The notes beneath the pieces are model-generated. The model was not told the DNA's origin. It saw only the letters and a list, made by a program, of their open reading frames with translations, and made no database searches. DNA of 64,000 nt from Torpedo marmorata (Eukaryota): NCBI GenBank assembly GCA_977017645.1, contig OZ360222.1, forward strand, positions 230,330,001 through 230,394,000. The letters are read 5' to 3'. A program made the translations under genes and the position numbers. Positions within the stretch are counted from its first letter, which is position 1. Each line of letters begins with the position of its first letter. This document shows positions 36,168 through 49,051 of this stretch, one piece after another.

Positions 36168-36961
36168 ATCCCGAGTAAGATCGATGGTCGGCGCTCGGTT
36201 CTCGCCGCAGAGAATTGTTAAACCTTCAGCAACCCCGGGGAACTGAATGTGACTGCGTAATAGCTGAGATCGAGCTTGTGAAGAAATTGCTCTGTCTTCA
36301 AGTAAATGTTTAAAAACTTCATGTTAGCTTTTTTCTGCATTTATGTTTAGAAAATAATTTTGAAAAAAAATGGAAATATTTATTAATGCATTTCAATGTC
36401 AATCTTTATCTTGCAGTTGGATAGGTGGTCATTTGATTGCTATTGTTTGTGGAATGTAATCATTAAATATTTGTTTTCACTCATCACGTTTAAAATATCT
36501 TGGGGCGTTTTGCTGATTTTGAAACATTTATTTAAAGGTTCAAATGCATTTTCAACCATTCTATGAAACAACAGTCTAAAAACATGTCCATCATTGTAAA
36601 GGAGTATTTACAGTAAGACAATAGAACAACTTTTGCAAAACTCTTGTACACTTACAGTTGCATGCAGTAGAATCAACGACTCTATTCAACTGGTATAAAA
36701 TTGTGGTAACAAATGTTGCAGTCCACATTTTAAAACATGCATTTTTTTTAAAAAATTGCTCCGATGTTTTGATAAAAGTAAATGCTGCAATATTTTTTTC
36801 GGTTCCATTCCTCCGCATTCCAACAGATTGTTCTGCCCAAGTTTGGACTGAGTTTCACTCCAGAGCAACGCCCTGGCGTTTATTGCGTCGATGAATGACA
36901 GACACTCCCCCTGTCACCTGCAAAGTAGAAGATATACATTTCGGTGTTGTTTACCATATTG

Positions 36962-36967
36962 AATAAA
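36962..36967 (+). terminator. Candidate RNFT2 polyadenylation signal
   Basis: AATAAA about 800 nt after the stop; a second at about 37235. Confidence 0.45.
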
Positions 36968-37958
36968 AGTATCCCTCCGCGATAGTTATGATTTTTTTTA
37001 AACTATGGTGTCCTACATAATAGCATACAACATTTTAAAACAAGAAAGTAACTTTGTATGATTTCAGCAACTTTTAGAAATACAATAGGAAGATGAAGTC
37101 ATTTTCAGAAGACAATAGTTCCCGTTGACGTCCTTCCCTTTCGTGGAAGGGAGTAATGTCGAATGATATCGAGTTGCAAAACAATGATGCTGAAAGGCTT
37201 AAAAGTTAAACTGAGCACAAAATGTTGCTCGCAAAATAAAACAAGTCAGTTAGTACCCCAGAAGCCAAATTTCACCCGCTCTCTCCGTCTCTCTTATCCT
37301 TGAGCGGTAGCTCGCGCAGAGTGAATCCCACGGGCACGCTTTACTGCTCAAAGTGGACCGAGCTGGTGTATGTTGGTGGAAGACGACCCAAGTCAGCACG
37401 ATTGTCTCGTTCGAACACACACACACACAAACACACGCGATGCAGCTGGGCTGACTGGCTATGGATCAAAAGAAAGGCTGGCTGGTTTTCACTCAGAAAT
37501 GATGGTGGCCAGGCCAACTGAATCATCCCTTCACCGTCCAGCTGAGATCAGCTCATTCAATGGAGCCCAACACTTCACTGAGTGTGACTCGGTGCCACGG
37601 GATCGGGTGAAGCAGGAGTTGGCAAAGAGGCTCGATTAATATAAAGCAACATCTTTGGATTTATCCACCTGTCTTTAGTCAAAATGATCAGACGGGGACT
37701 AGTGTCAAAGCTGTAGAGAGGGCATAAATATTTTCCATTTGAAAAAGATGAGCTTAATTCTAGTTTCAAACATCCCATTCGGAGGGGAAAGATTTTTATC
37801 TTTGTTAATATTGAAAATAGATTCAGCATCTCAAAACATCTATCTTATCGAGGAAGGTGAAATACTCTAGTTTGATTCTGCGTAACTATTGTATTGGGCG
37901 ATTGAAAAGCCGACGGCTCTCTTACCTGTTGAAGTCCAGATCCCAGGTGTTAAACTTC

Positions 37959-38216
37959 CTACAGGTGTTTATTTCTGATGAGTATGAGGAGTGCTGTGAC
38001 ATGGACGAGCGTGCAAATTGTATAAAGGTGCCTGTTGCTGACGTTTGTGTAGCTCCTATTCCTGTCGGCGGCTTTCCTCTGTGCCCTTTCTTGCAAATGG
38101 TCCCCTATAATCCTCAACCTTCTGGCGACCTCTTGTACTTCAGAGCACCGTTCGCCTGGCCGGCTTGAGGCGCACAAACACACCGTCCTGTCCACATCCT
38201 CTCCTTGCTGACACAT
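37959..38216 (-). CDS. HRK: BH3-only pro-apoptotic protein, HRK/DP5 ortholog candidate (85 aa)
   Basis: BH3 motif EVARRLRIIGDHLQ (LxxxGD), Cys-containing N-terminus, hydrophobic C-terminal tail LYTICTLVHVTALLILI plus basic RNKHL; A at -3 of ATG; lies between RNFT2 and FBXW8 in the same orientation as mammalian HRK. Confidence 0.82.
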   Translation of the reverse strand: MCQQGEDVDRTVCLCASSRPGERCSEVQEVARRLRIIGDHLQERAQRKAADRNRSYTNVSNRHLYTICTLVHVTALLILIRNKHL

Positions 38217-38271
38217 TGTTAACCAACTGCAACTACCGAAAACCTCAAAAGTCAGTGCGTCCGTTGTTAGG

Positions 38272-38333
38272 AGCTCTATTATTAATTAAAGCTGCCTTCA
38301 AGTGTCACATGGCGTTCCGAGGGATTTACATCA
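38272..38333 (-). promoter_or_regulatory. HRK proximal promoter candidate: ATF-type site, E-box, AT-rich TATA-like element
   Basis: Minus strand TGATGTAA (38333-38326), CATGTG (38311-38306), TTTAATTAATAATAG (about 38290-38276), 60-115 nt upstream of the ATG. Confidence 0.55.
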
Positions 38334-41144
38334 TCTCTACCCCCGTGTTCAGCTTGTGTTGGAAGGTAATTCTTAACCGTTTAGGTGCTGGGCCTATTAT
38401 TAGTTGTTCTTCGGCGTTTCCAGAAATTATATGAAAGGTATGATCTTTCTGCACTGAACCCACTTGTTTTTACTCTCGTTACTTACTCCTTGAGTTGTAT
38501 TCCAAGGATAATTTGTCGTTAAAGGTCAAGGATGACGAAAGTTTTGGAAAACTTTTTATAACGCATATTTGCTACTCCAAATTTTAAAATAGTGTCTAAT
38601 ATTTATGCCACATATATTTTTTAATAAACGTTTTCCTCATTTCTTGAGTCATGGCATTCAAAGTATAGGATGGAAATAATCTCTTCAAAAGGATGCTCGG
38701 GATGGGTGGCTAATTTTTTTTTCCCCTAGAGATGCGTTAGGAATTTATACCTGTAAATGTTTCATATTCTCTATAGAACCCAGTTGTCAAAACTAACTAA
38801 ACGTGAAATCAAACAACGAAAGTTCTCTCACAGTTCCAATGAACATTTATCAAAGTTACTTTATGTATTTCAATTCATCGTATTTCAGTTCAATTGGCAA
38901 TCATTGCAGAGTGGATACAAGACATTTTTGACATAGTTGGCGTTCATGAATAGCTTGTTTTTGAAAGGATATTTGAAAGGACTAATTGCTCTAATGAGTG
39001 GTGCACGATCGCTTCAGGTGTAGGCAGGCGGTTAACGGCAAGGAAACAATTACTCCCGCGTTTCAGGAGTATTCCTCATTTCCCTTCATTTTTTTCCATT
39101 TCTCCCAGTTAATTCCCCCAACTTTTGCGGTAGTGTGTACTTGTGCACAGCCTTAGCAGTTGTTATTGGCCGTACTATACCTCCTACAAAAAAAAAATAT
39201 ATCTCTCTCTCTCGGCGATCATGTATGTTATTGGGGAAGGGAGAGGAAATACCTTCCATTTCTTCAAAGCGACCAAGCAAGGAGTTTGTTCTGGTAGGCC
39301 AAAAAGTAACCTGATATGATTTCTGTACGTTTTAAGTTCTGATCTCACTGAAAATGCCCACAACTGAGACAAAAGTGGCCCCTCGTAAATTTCCAACTTC
39401 AACTAAATACAGTAAACCAGGCCATTAAAATATATGGAACTGCGTATCTTACGTTTACTAAGCGAGAACCTTTAGGGTTACAAGTTGTACTCCCTTGCCC
39501 TACACATAATGCCATAACAAGACACGATCACCAAAATATAGTCACAAGAGCTTTTTAAATTGAATGTTTATGTTATGTAATCTGATGTTTCTAGTAGCAT
39601 TTACTTCGACCATTCAAACATAAAACATAAGGCAGATAGACAGAAATAGTGTGTTCTCCAGCCTTCACGTCATGAGAATACACTTAATACGTTACATTGC
39701 ACACATTGTTGAAGTGCTTTCATGAACTCTTATGTAAGGGAAGCAACTCGTGCAAAGCAAGCCGCCACAAACAGCAAACTCGTCCTGTCGATTGAGGGAG
39801 GGTTGGCAGTCAAGGCATCAAAAAAAACATCAAACTCCTCTTTAATGATCCTCCTCATGATAGATGGGGTTACAACATGTGGGGAGTGCGTGAGTGTAGC
39901 AGGAGGGCTTGGTGAGCGAGGGTTGTTGGACATGGCGGGACCTACCTCTACCTTGTCAGCTTCCCTCCGTCATACACTGATTAGTGATTTTATGTCCTGT
40001 GTTTTGCGTGTCAGAGAACCAGACCACGACTTGATATCGCCAAGAAGTGTTACAGAGCTTTTATAATTTAAAAAAAACTTTAACATGCATATGTAATTTA
40101 CATTTTGAGTCGCAAAAGCCCCCAAACCGAAGCAATTGGGTTTCAATAATCTAATGACCTTCTGCAATGAAGGGGGGAGGAAATCCATGCCCCATCACCA
40201 ACATTATAAATAACTTTCTGTAACAACTTTGATTTAAAAAAATACACAACAGTGTCAAAGAGGTTGGAAAAAAGTTGTGAAATCGATGCCTTCCTGGTTT
40301 AAGGGAAAAATACGTGTATGCTAAATGTGTGCATGGTCCCGCAATGCTAGTGAAGACATTGCGTTTCCATTTATCCGTGACTCGGACAATATATTTAATG
40401 ATAACATCTTTTAATTTAAAGGAAACGTATTCATGTATACTCCCCCCAGAGGTGAAAAAGATATGTCATGGGTAACATTTACCTAATGATATTCAAACTT
40501 TTGGTTTTGGTTAAAGTAAGTTCGCGCTCCCTCGCTTGTACATCTGTTTCATCTGAGAACCCTATAACGCCCATTCGCATTTGTCCTTCTTTATCTGAAT
40601 AATACTAAACCATACCACCGAGCTGGGAAAGTGGAACCTCGGGAAATGTATCTGGCTTGTAGGTTCCTTTAGAATTGGACTAATGGGAAGTTTGCAAGTT
40701 GGTTGTGATTTATTTCTCAACGAGATAGAAAAGAATGATTTTAAATGGATAACAACCACATATGGTGTAAGTCTATCTATGCTTGTATACAATAAAAATA
40801 TAGATGTAACTTGAATGGAAATAATTGTGGAAAAACAGATCTTTTATCATGTGTTCTGAAATGAAGACCAACAGCACCATCCGTGAATAAATCTCAGAAT
40901 CGTCATCGGAACTAAATGCGGCAACCAATTTATCGCATGTCGATAGAAACAGTCGATGCGTTTGGAAGTTAACATGTTTATGAAAACCCATTCGAGCTTG
41001 TCATATTGACAATTAACTTAGTTGGTTACATGCAAGAGAAATGCTAATTTAATTTAAAATTAAAAATGTTAATGTTATATCAGCGGACTAATTCCCGCAT
41101 TTGGATTGTATTAACTTGGATTAACCCATAAACACGCTGTAAAC

Positions 41145-41361
41145 CAGCTATTCTCAACCTTTTTTTTGTGGCTATGTCCCCCTTAGGACTCTGTTCCGTT
41201 TATGGCCCCCCCTTCCCTGTGAAGCAGTCAAGTTTAGTTAGTTTCTCCCACCGACTACATAAAAAAATACAAAAACTTTATCATTGCGGTCCGTGCCCCC
41301 ACCCCCCCTTAAATATTGTGTGGCCCCAGAGGGACCGGATGGCTCCCGTTGAGAATGGCTG
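41145..41361. mobile_element. hAT MITE (217 bp)
   Basis: TIR CAGCTATTCTCAAC / GTTGAGAATGGCTG; 8-bp TSD CTGTAAAC / CTGTAAAG. Confidence 0.85.
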
Positions 41362-41924
41362 CTGTAAAGCAACCGGGTTGTTTTAAATGTCTAGTTACAA
41401 TGCAGAGCAGCGGTTCCACTATTTTGCAAGTGCTTGGGCAAATATTTATCTGGAGTGGATTTGCTGCAGGTTGGAATTGAAAGCAATTCCACCGTTTTCA
41501 CAGTTTGGAAGCCAAATTCCCAGAAGTAGCCCAGTGTCGAACGTTTCAAATGAGGTTTGAGGTCGCCAGAAGGAACAGACCTGTTATCGTCGAGGTTGAG
41601 GTGGCAGTGATAGCACATGCAGAGTGCATGTACGTGTTTTTGAAAACATGTAACCGAATGCCAGGAACTATTTTTAGTCTACATAGGAATAAGGAAAAGG
41701 GACTTTCACAAATGTACGTGGAAACGGTAAGTAGAATGCAATGTTCGTTCTCAGGGTTAAAATAATCGACCGGACTGGGAAGCAAACTAATCTGCACCAT
41801 TAATTATTGACACAGACTTCAGTGAAAGTAGGAATGAGTGAGCAAAATGCTCACCCGGCGAGCCCTCCATCCACAAAGCTCCAAGAGATCATCTCCCACT
41901 ACATTCAATCCCTAAATGTCCCTT

Positions 41925-43250
41925 TCATGGAACATGGAAAGGCACAACAAAGAAAAGGCTCTTCTGCCCGTTGTGTTTCTGCTGACCATGATGCCAACTT
42001 AATCTGCACATGGTTTACATCCATTCATTCCCTGCTTATTCATGTTTTTGTCTAAATGCCTCTAAAACATTGTAACTATTTGTGTTTAAACTATTGCCCC
42101 TGACAGTGCATTTCCAGGCACCTCTCATCCATCTCCCATCCATTGCAGGCATTTGTGTGACGTGCTGCCTCAAGAAGGCAGCCAACTTCATAAAGGACCT
42201 CCACCATCTTGGCCACAACCTCTTCTCACTGTTACCTTCAGGCAGAAGGTACAGAAGCCCGAAAACAAGCACGTGTAGATTTCATAACAGTTTATTTCAA
42301 AAAGCTATCAGACTCTTGAACCTCCCCTTGGTACACTAATCATGGACTGCCTGACAATAGTGATTGTCTGCATTATTGCAAGTCACTGTTTTGCACTATG
42401 ATTACTGTGAATATTTATATCTATCTTATGTTTTATTGTCTCTTTACATCGATTTTAATCAGTTTACTATTATAGTTTTTTTCTTTACAAGTACCAGTTC
42501 AACTGCAGCAAGTAGGAATTTAGGCACATATGTACATTGTAAATGTGTATGGCAATAAACTCATCATCCTCATCAGGTTCCCCATCAGCCTCTGATGCTC
42601 CATAAAAACCAGTTCAAGTTTGTCCAACTTCTCCTTCTAGATATTGTACCCCAATCCAAGCAATGTCCTGGTGAGTCTCTTCTGCACTCTCTCCAGAGCC
42701 TCCATATCCTTCTAATAATGCAGCGACTAGCACTGCACAAAATACTCCAAGTATAGCCTAACCAATACCTTATACAGCTGCAACAAGGTTTGTCAACTTT
42801 GGTCCAATGAAGGCAAGCATGCCATATACTTTATTTACTACCCTATTTGTGTTGCCATCTTCATGAGTTATGGGTGTACCTGAAGACCCTTCTATGCACG
42901 AATACTCCTGAGGGTCCTGCCGTATACTTTCCTTTTACATTTGACTTCCCAATGTGCATCACGTCACAGATGTCCTGGTTAAATTCTATTTGCTATTTCT
43001 CTGCCACTTTCCCAACTGATCCATATCCTGCTGTATCTTTTGTCAACTTTTCTTACCATCCACAACTCTGCCAATGTTTGTATATTCTACAAAGATACCT
43101 ATATTTCCATCTACATCATTAATATTTATATTACAAACAGCAGAGGACCTAGCACCAATCACTGGTCACAGTACTCCTGTCAGAAAACTTCACTCCCGCA
43201 GTACTCAATTTTGAACCCTATCTGCCAAGTCACCTGTCCGAAAGCAAAGG
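41925..43250 (-). mobile_element. Decayed CR1 fragment interrupted by a Rex1-like 3' piece
   Basis: CR1 tail at 41930-42125; cactgcacaaaatactccaagt (reverse of LEYFVQC) at 42731. Confidence 0.65.
42130..42575 (+). mobile_element. Diverged Rex1/Babar-type LINE 3' fragment
   Basis: CLKKAANFIKDLHHLGHNLFSLLPSGRRYRS..T.RF.NS.F..AIRLLN; tail aataaactcatcatc. Confidence 0.75.
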
Positions 43251-43784
43251 TGCAGACATTCTCTGGGTCTACAAATGTTATGGTTATTCAGGAGTCACCT
43301 CTTGCTGCAGTGTAGTTCAAACTACCGGAGCATTGGAAAAGATGATAGAACAACATTGGCTGACTTTCTTGCTCCTTGCTCCACCTGTTACCAAGGGAAA
43401 ACCGACTGCAAGATAAATGTTGTGAGCATTCTGCATAACCCCGCCACCATAATCCTGCTGTAGGCATGTGGTGTGAGATCATGTGTAAATAAATTGTACA
43501 GATTTTTCCCAAGTATTACCGGGCGGTTTGCTTAATTACAAATGAGATGGAGAATGTACGGTGGTATACTTGACTGTGGCATACACCCAAGGTTGGAGGA
43601 AGACTTGTATTTTAAAGCGCATTTCGCGGCCCGAATAAGGGCTAAAAAATACTTTTGAACTTGAATGTCAGAACATACTTTACCAAGAAAGTATTTGGTA
43701 AAACATTCACACGCTACAACTGTTTATAAGCGTGAATATGGCATAAATGACAGAGACACACAGGATAGTGCAGGTGTTGGAATT

Positions 43785-46580
43785 TAGACAATAGGTGCAG
43801 GAGTAGGCCATTCGGCCCTTCGAGCCAGCACCGCCATTCACTGTGATCATGGCTGATCATCCACTATCAGTATCCCGTTCCTGCCTTCTCCCCATATCCC
43901 TTGACTCCGCTATCTTTAAGAGCTTTATCTAACTCTTTCTTGAAAGTATCCAGAGAATTGGCCTCCACTGCCTTCTGAGGCAGAGCATTCCACAGATCCA
44001 CAACTCTCTGGGTGAAAATGTTTTTCCTCAACTCCGTTCTAAATGGCCTACCCCTTATTCTTAAACTGTGGCCTCTGGTTCTCGACTCCCCCAACATCAG
44101 GAAGATGTTTCCTGCCTCTAGTGTGTCCAATCCCTTAATAATCTTATATGTTTCAATCAGATCCCCTCTCATCCTTCTAAATTCCAGTGTTTACAAGCCC
44201 AATCACTCCAATCTTTCAACATATGACAGTCCCGCCATTCCGGGAATTAACCTCGTGAACCTACGTTGCACTCCCTCATATATAGCAAGAATGTCCTTCC
44301 TGAAACCTGGAGACCAAAACTGCACACAATACTCCAGGTGTGGTCTCACCAGGGCCCTGTACAACGGCAGAAGGACCTCTTTGCTCTTATACTCAACTCC
44401 CCTTGTTATGAAGGCCAACATGCCATTAGCTTTCTTCACTGCCTGCTGTACCTGCATGCTTACTTTCAGTAACTGATGAACAGACACCTAGATCTCGTTG
44501 TACTTCCCCTTATTCTAACTTGACACCATTCAGATAGTAATCTGCCTCCCTTTTCTTGCCACCAAAGTGGATAACCTCACATTTATCCACATTAAACCAC
44601 ATCTGCCATGCATCTGCCCACTCACCCAACCTGTCCAAGTCCCCCTGCATTCTCATAACAGCTTCCTCAGATTTCACACTGCCACCCAGCTTCGTGTCAT
44701 CTGCAAATTTGCTAATGTTACTTTTAATCCCTTCATCTAAATCATTAATGTATATTGTAAACAGCTGCGGTCCCAGCACCGATCCTTGCGGTACCCCACT
44801 AGTCTCTGCCTGCCACTCTGAAAGGGACCCGTTAATCCCTACTCTTTGTTTCCTGTCTGCCAACCAATTTCCTATCCATGTCAGTACCCTACCCCCAATA
44901 CCATGTGCTCTAATTTTGCCCACTAATCTCCTATGTGGGACCTTATCAAAGGGTTTCTGAAAGTTCAGGTACACTACATTAACTGGCTCTCCCTTGCCCA
45001 TTTTCATAGTTACATCCTCAAAAATGTCCAGAAGATTAGTCAAGCATGATTTCCCCTTTGTAAATCCATGCTGACTCGGACCAATCCTGTTACTGCTATC
45101 CAAATGCGCCGCTATTTCATCTTTTATAATTAACTCCAGCATCTTCCCCACCACTGATGTCAGGCTAACTGGTCTATAATTCCCTGTTTTCTCTCTCCGT
45201 CCTTTTAAAAAAGTGGGATAACATTAGCTACCCTCCAATCCGCAGGAACTGATCCTGAATCTATAGAACATTGGAAAATGATTACCAATGCGTCCACTAT
45301 TTCTAGAGCCACCTCCTTAAGTACCCTGGGATGCAGACCATCAGGCCCTGGGGATTTATCAACATTCAGTCCCATCAGTCTACCCAACACCATTTTCTGC
45401 CTAATGTGAATTTCCTTCAGTTCCTCCGTTACCCTAGGTCCTCTGTCCACTATTACATCTGGGAGGTTGTTTGTGTCTTCCCTAGTGAAGACAGATCCAA
45501 AGTACCTGTTCAACTCTTCTGCCATTTCCTTATTCCCCATAATAATTTCACCCGTTTCTGTCTTCAAGGGCCCAACTTTGATCTTAACTATATTTTTCCT
45601 CTTCACATACCTAAAGCTTTTACTATCCTCCTTTATATTCTTGGCTAGCCTACCTTCGTACCTCATCTTTTCTCCCCGTATTGCCTTTTTAGTTATCTTC
45701 TGTTGCTCTTTAAAAGTTTCCCAATCCTCTGGCTTCCTGCTCATCTTTGCTGTGTTATACTTCCTCTCTTTTATTTTTATACTGTCCTTGACTTCCCTTG
45801 TCAGCCACGGTCACCCCTTACTCCCCTTAGAATCTTTCGTCCTCTTTGGAATGAACTAATCCTGCACCTTCTGTGTTATTCCCAGAAATACCTGGCATTG
45901 TTGTTTCACTGTCATCCCTGCTAGGGTATCTTTCCAGTCAACCTTGGCCAGCTCCTCCCTCATGGCTCCATAGTCCCCTTTGTTCAACTGTAATATTGAC
46001 ACTTCTGATTTTCCCTTCTCCCTCTCAAATTGTAGATTAAAATTTATCATATTATGGTCACTACCTCCTAATGGCTCCTTTACTTTGAGTTCCCTTATCA
46101 AATCCGGTTGATTACACAACACTAAATCCAGAATTGCCTTCCCCCTTGTAGGCTCTGGTAAAAGCTGCTCTAAGAATCCATCTCGGAGGCACTCCACAAA
46201 CTCCCTTTCTTGGGGTTCAGTACCAACCTGATTTTCCCAGTCTACCTGCATGTTGAAATCCCCCATAACAACCGTAGCATTACCTTTGCGACATGCCAAT
46301 TTTAACTCTTGATTCAACTTGCACCCTATATCCAGGCTACTGTTTGGGGGCATGTAGATAACTCCCATTAGGGTCTTTTTGCTCTTACAATTTCTCAGTT
46401 CTACCCATACTGACTCTACATCTCCTGATTCTATGTCACCCCTCGCAAGGGACTAAATTTCATTCCTCACCAACAGAGCCACCCCACCCCCTCTGCCCAC
46501 CTGTCTGTCCTTTCGATAGGACGTATACCCTTGAATATTCATTTCCCAGCCCTGGTCCTCTTGCAGCCATGTCTCTGTTT
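43785..46580 (-). mobile_element. CR1 LINE, 5'-truncated, endonuclease remnant plus RT, several frameshifts
   Basis: GVIYMPPNS, VMGDFN, SDHN (APE); KSPGPDGLHPRVLKE, SQHGF.KGKSCLTNL, SGVPQGSVLGP, FADDTK; 3' tail with agacaatag. Confidence 0.95.
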
Positions 46581-46864
46581 GGGACATAAAGTGCAATGGC
46601 CGTTGAGATGTGTTTAAAGTTAATTAAATTAATTGGATTTCCGAAGACCAAGATTACCGTTATGTGCCTTACCACTTTAAAGATGCCAGGATTTGAAAGA
46701 TACAATATTTAGAAGAGGGCGAGGATTTCTTAGTTATCTTAATTTAGACTCATGCACCCCTTACCCCATGAAGAGATTAGATGGATCAACTTTATTCAAT
46801 AATTTTGATTCAGGGCATGGACACACACTTGAATTGCTTTCGACTGTCTAAACTGGGAAATGGT

Positions 46865-47703
46865 GGCGCTGCCGGAGCCGCTGTAACGGCAGCGCTGCCG
46901 CAGGTGCGGACCCGCTGGGAGCGTGGGAGTGGAGATACAGCGCTCCCGCAGGGTCCAGCCGCCCAGTCGACTGCCGTTGGTTCCGCACGGGCTTTGAACG
47001 GCCCGTTAAAGGAGCCGACGGTGGTTTTATTTAAGATCCCGCGACCGCGGGGTCTGCGCCCAAGATGGCAGCGCCTTTTAACCGTCAGCAGCCACGAGGG
47101 GCTGCAGACTCTGGGGAAGCGGAGGACTGGAGCAGGGCACCAGAGGATGGGAAGATCACCCCCGTCTGAGAAGGAGAAGCGGAGGAGACGACCCACGGGA
47201 CGGTGACCAGGGCGGAGGACCGGTGAGGGGATCTGAGGCTGAAGGACCAGTGCATGCGGCGGGCTGCTGGTGACTCGAGGCGAGGAACCCGCGGAGGCTG
47301 TGGGCTGCTGGAGACTGCTGTCGGGGGACTCACAACGGGCTGCGGACTGCTGGAGGCTGGCTCGAACTGGCTGGAGGAGTACCAGGTATCGGAACCGGGA
47401 TGCGAGGGGGTGCCAAGGGCGACCTGACCGTGTTGGAGGTTCGGATCTGGAGCTCGGGATGCCGATGGTTTGGACTGGACTCTGTGTTGCTGCGGAATCG
47501 CTGGAGGCGAATCTATGGACACTTGGTGACTCTGGGGGGACTTTCCTTTGCTTCTCTTTCTCTGACTGTAAGGAATGTTAGAGGCGCTTAGGCAATTTCT
47601 GCCGGTGGCGAATCTGTCTGCCTTGCAGCAGGCAAAAAGAAATTTCATGGAATATGACACTGTCTTATTGCTATGACAATAAATTGAATCTTGAATCTCT
47701 TGA
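46865..47703 (+). mobile_element. Copy 3 (full length) of the ~820-bp GC-rich non-coding repeat
   Basis: Starts ggcgctgccggagccgctgtaacggcagcgc, ends aataaattgaatcttgaatctcttgaa. Confidence 0.82.
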
Positions 47704-47799
47704 ACCCTGAGAACGTTGCAGCACAGGAGGCTGTTGGGAATGATGCCTCAGCAAGTGATGGATGCACTGTTTAAAACAACACAAATAAATACCTAAATA

Positions 47800-48660
47800 T
47801 GGAACTTTAAATATGCGTGTAAATGTAAATATTTTCAAGATTTGCTGACACTAATCACGAAACAGTAACAAATGCAGTGACTGGCACAACAGGCAGGGAA
47901 GTGGCAGATGTAATTTCGTACTTATAAGTTAGGAGTGATAAAAAAATTGGCAGAAAGAACACTATTCTAAAGAGTATGCAAGAACAGAAATGTTGCCAAG
48001 TGATAGGTCATGCTGACGGAGCAGTTAGTAATACATTTGGGATCTTCCTAAGAAGAAGCAATGAATATAGTGTCTTGAACCTCTTTAAAGCACTGGTTGA
48101 ACCACAAATGGAATACTGCATTCAATTTTGGTCACCACATTTTAGGAAGGATGTGAAGATCTTGGAGACAGTGCAGTAAAGTACCAGGGTGAAGAATTTA
48201 AATTGCAGGTTTAGGCTGTAGAAACCAAGGCTATTCTCCTTGGAACTAAAGTCCGACAAGGGGTTTGAAGGAAGTGTATAACATAAAGAGAGGATAAATA
48301 GAGAGAAGCTGTTTCCATTTGTGGATGTTTCAAGAGACAGGGGATCAGCCTTGGAAATGGACAAAAGGCACAGGGGAGAATGGGGGAGTGAAACACGAAA
48401 GTTGCAGATGCTGTGATTGTAATAAAAATGCTGGAGGAACTCAACGGGTCACGCAGCGTCCATAGTAGGTAAAGATATATCAGCAACATTTTGGGTCTGA
48501 GCCCTTTTTCAAGAGAATGGAGAGAAATCATTTTTATACAGAGGTAATTATGATCTTCATGTCACTGCATGGAAAAGGTGGGAGATAATCAGGACTTTGA
48601 CAAGGGAACTGGTTCAGCACCTGAGGGAGAGCAATTTGTGATATAGGGAAGGAATGGATC
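47800..48660 (+). mobile_element. Decayed CR1 3' half with a nested Penelope-derived piece (about 48388-48515, -)
   Basis: LFKALVEPQMEYCIQFWSPHFRKDV; nested aatgctggaggaactcaacgggtc and degenerate hammerhead. Confidence 0.7.
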
Positions 48661-48689
48661 ATTTCATTCAGATCCTGATCAATATAGTT

Positions 48690-49051
48690 TGGATCTCACT
48701 TCAGTTTTGGTAATTGATTTCTCAGTCAGCAATTTCAAAGCTCAGGTCTCACTCAGAGACTTGAGGATAAAATTTGAAAAATCTATGGGGAAATGTTGAA
48801 GGAACCATCTTTTGGAGGAGACAAACAAGGCCTGCTTGCTCTTATAGATGGATGCTAAAATCCTATGATACTACATGGACAAAGTGATTTTTTTTCCGCA
48901 GTTATCATAGGCAATGTTTATTTCATTGTATAAACAAATTACTTGGACATTAATTCTTCTACTTATGAGATCTTACTGCATGCTGATTGGCTACTATGTT
49001 TTCAATATCACAACAACAGCTGTAATGTACTTTAGGCAATTTACTTAGGTG
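48690..49051 (+). mobile_element. Decayed Deu-domain SINE
   Basis: gagacttgag..ccatcttttggaggagac..gatggatgctaaaatcctatg..gatcttactgcatgctgattggct. Confidence 0.45.
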
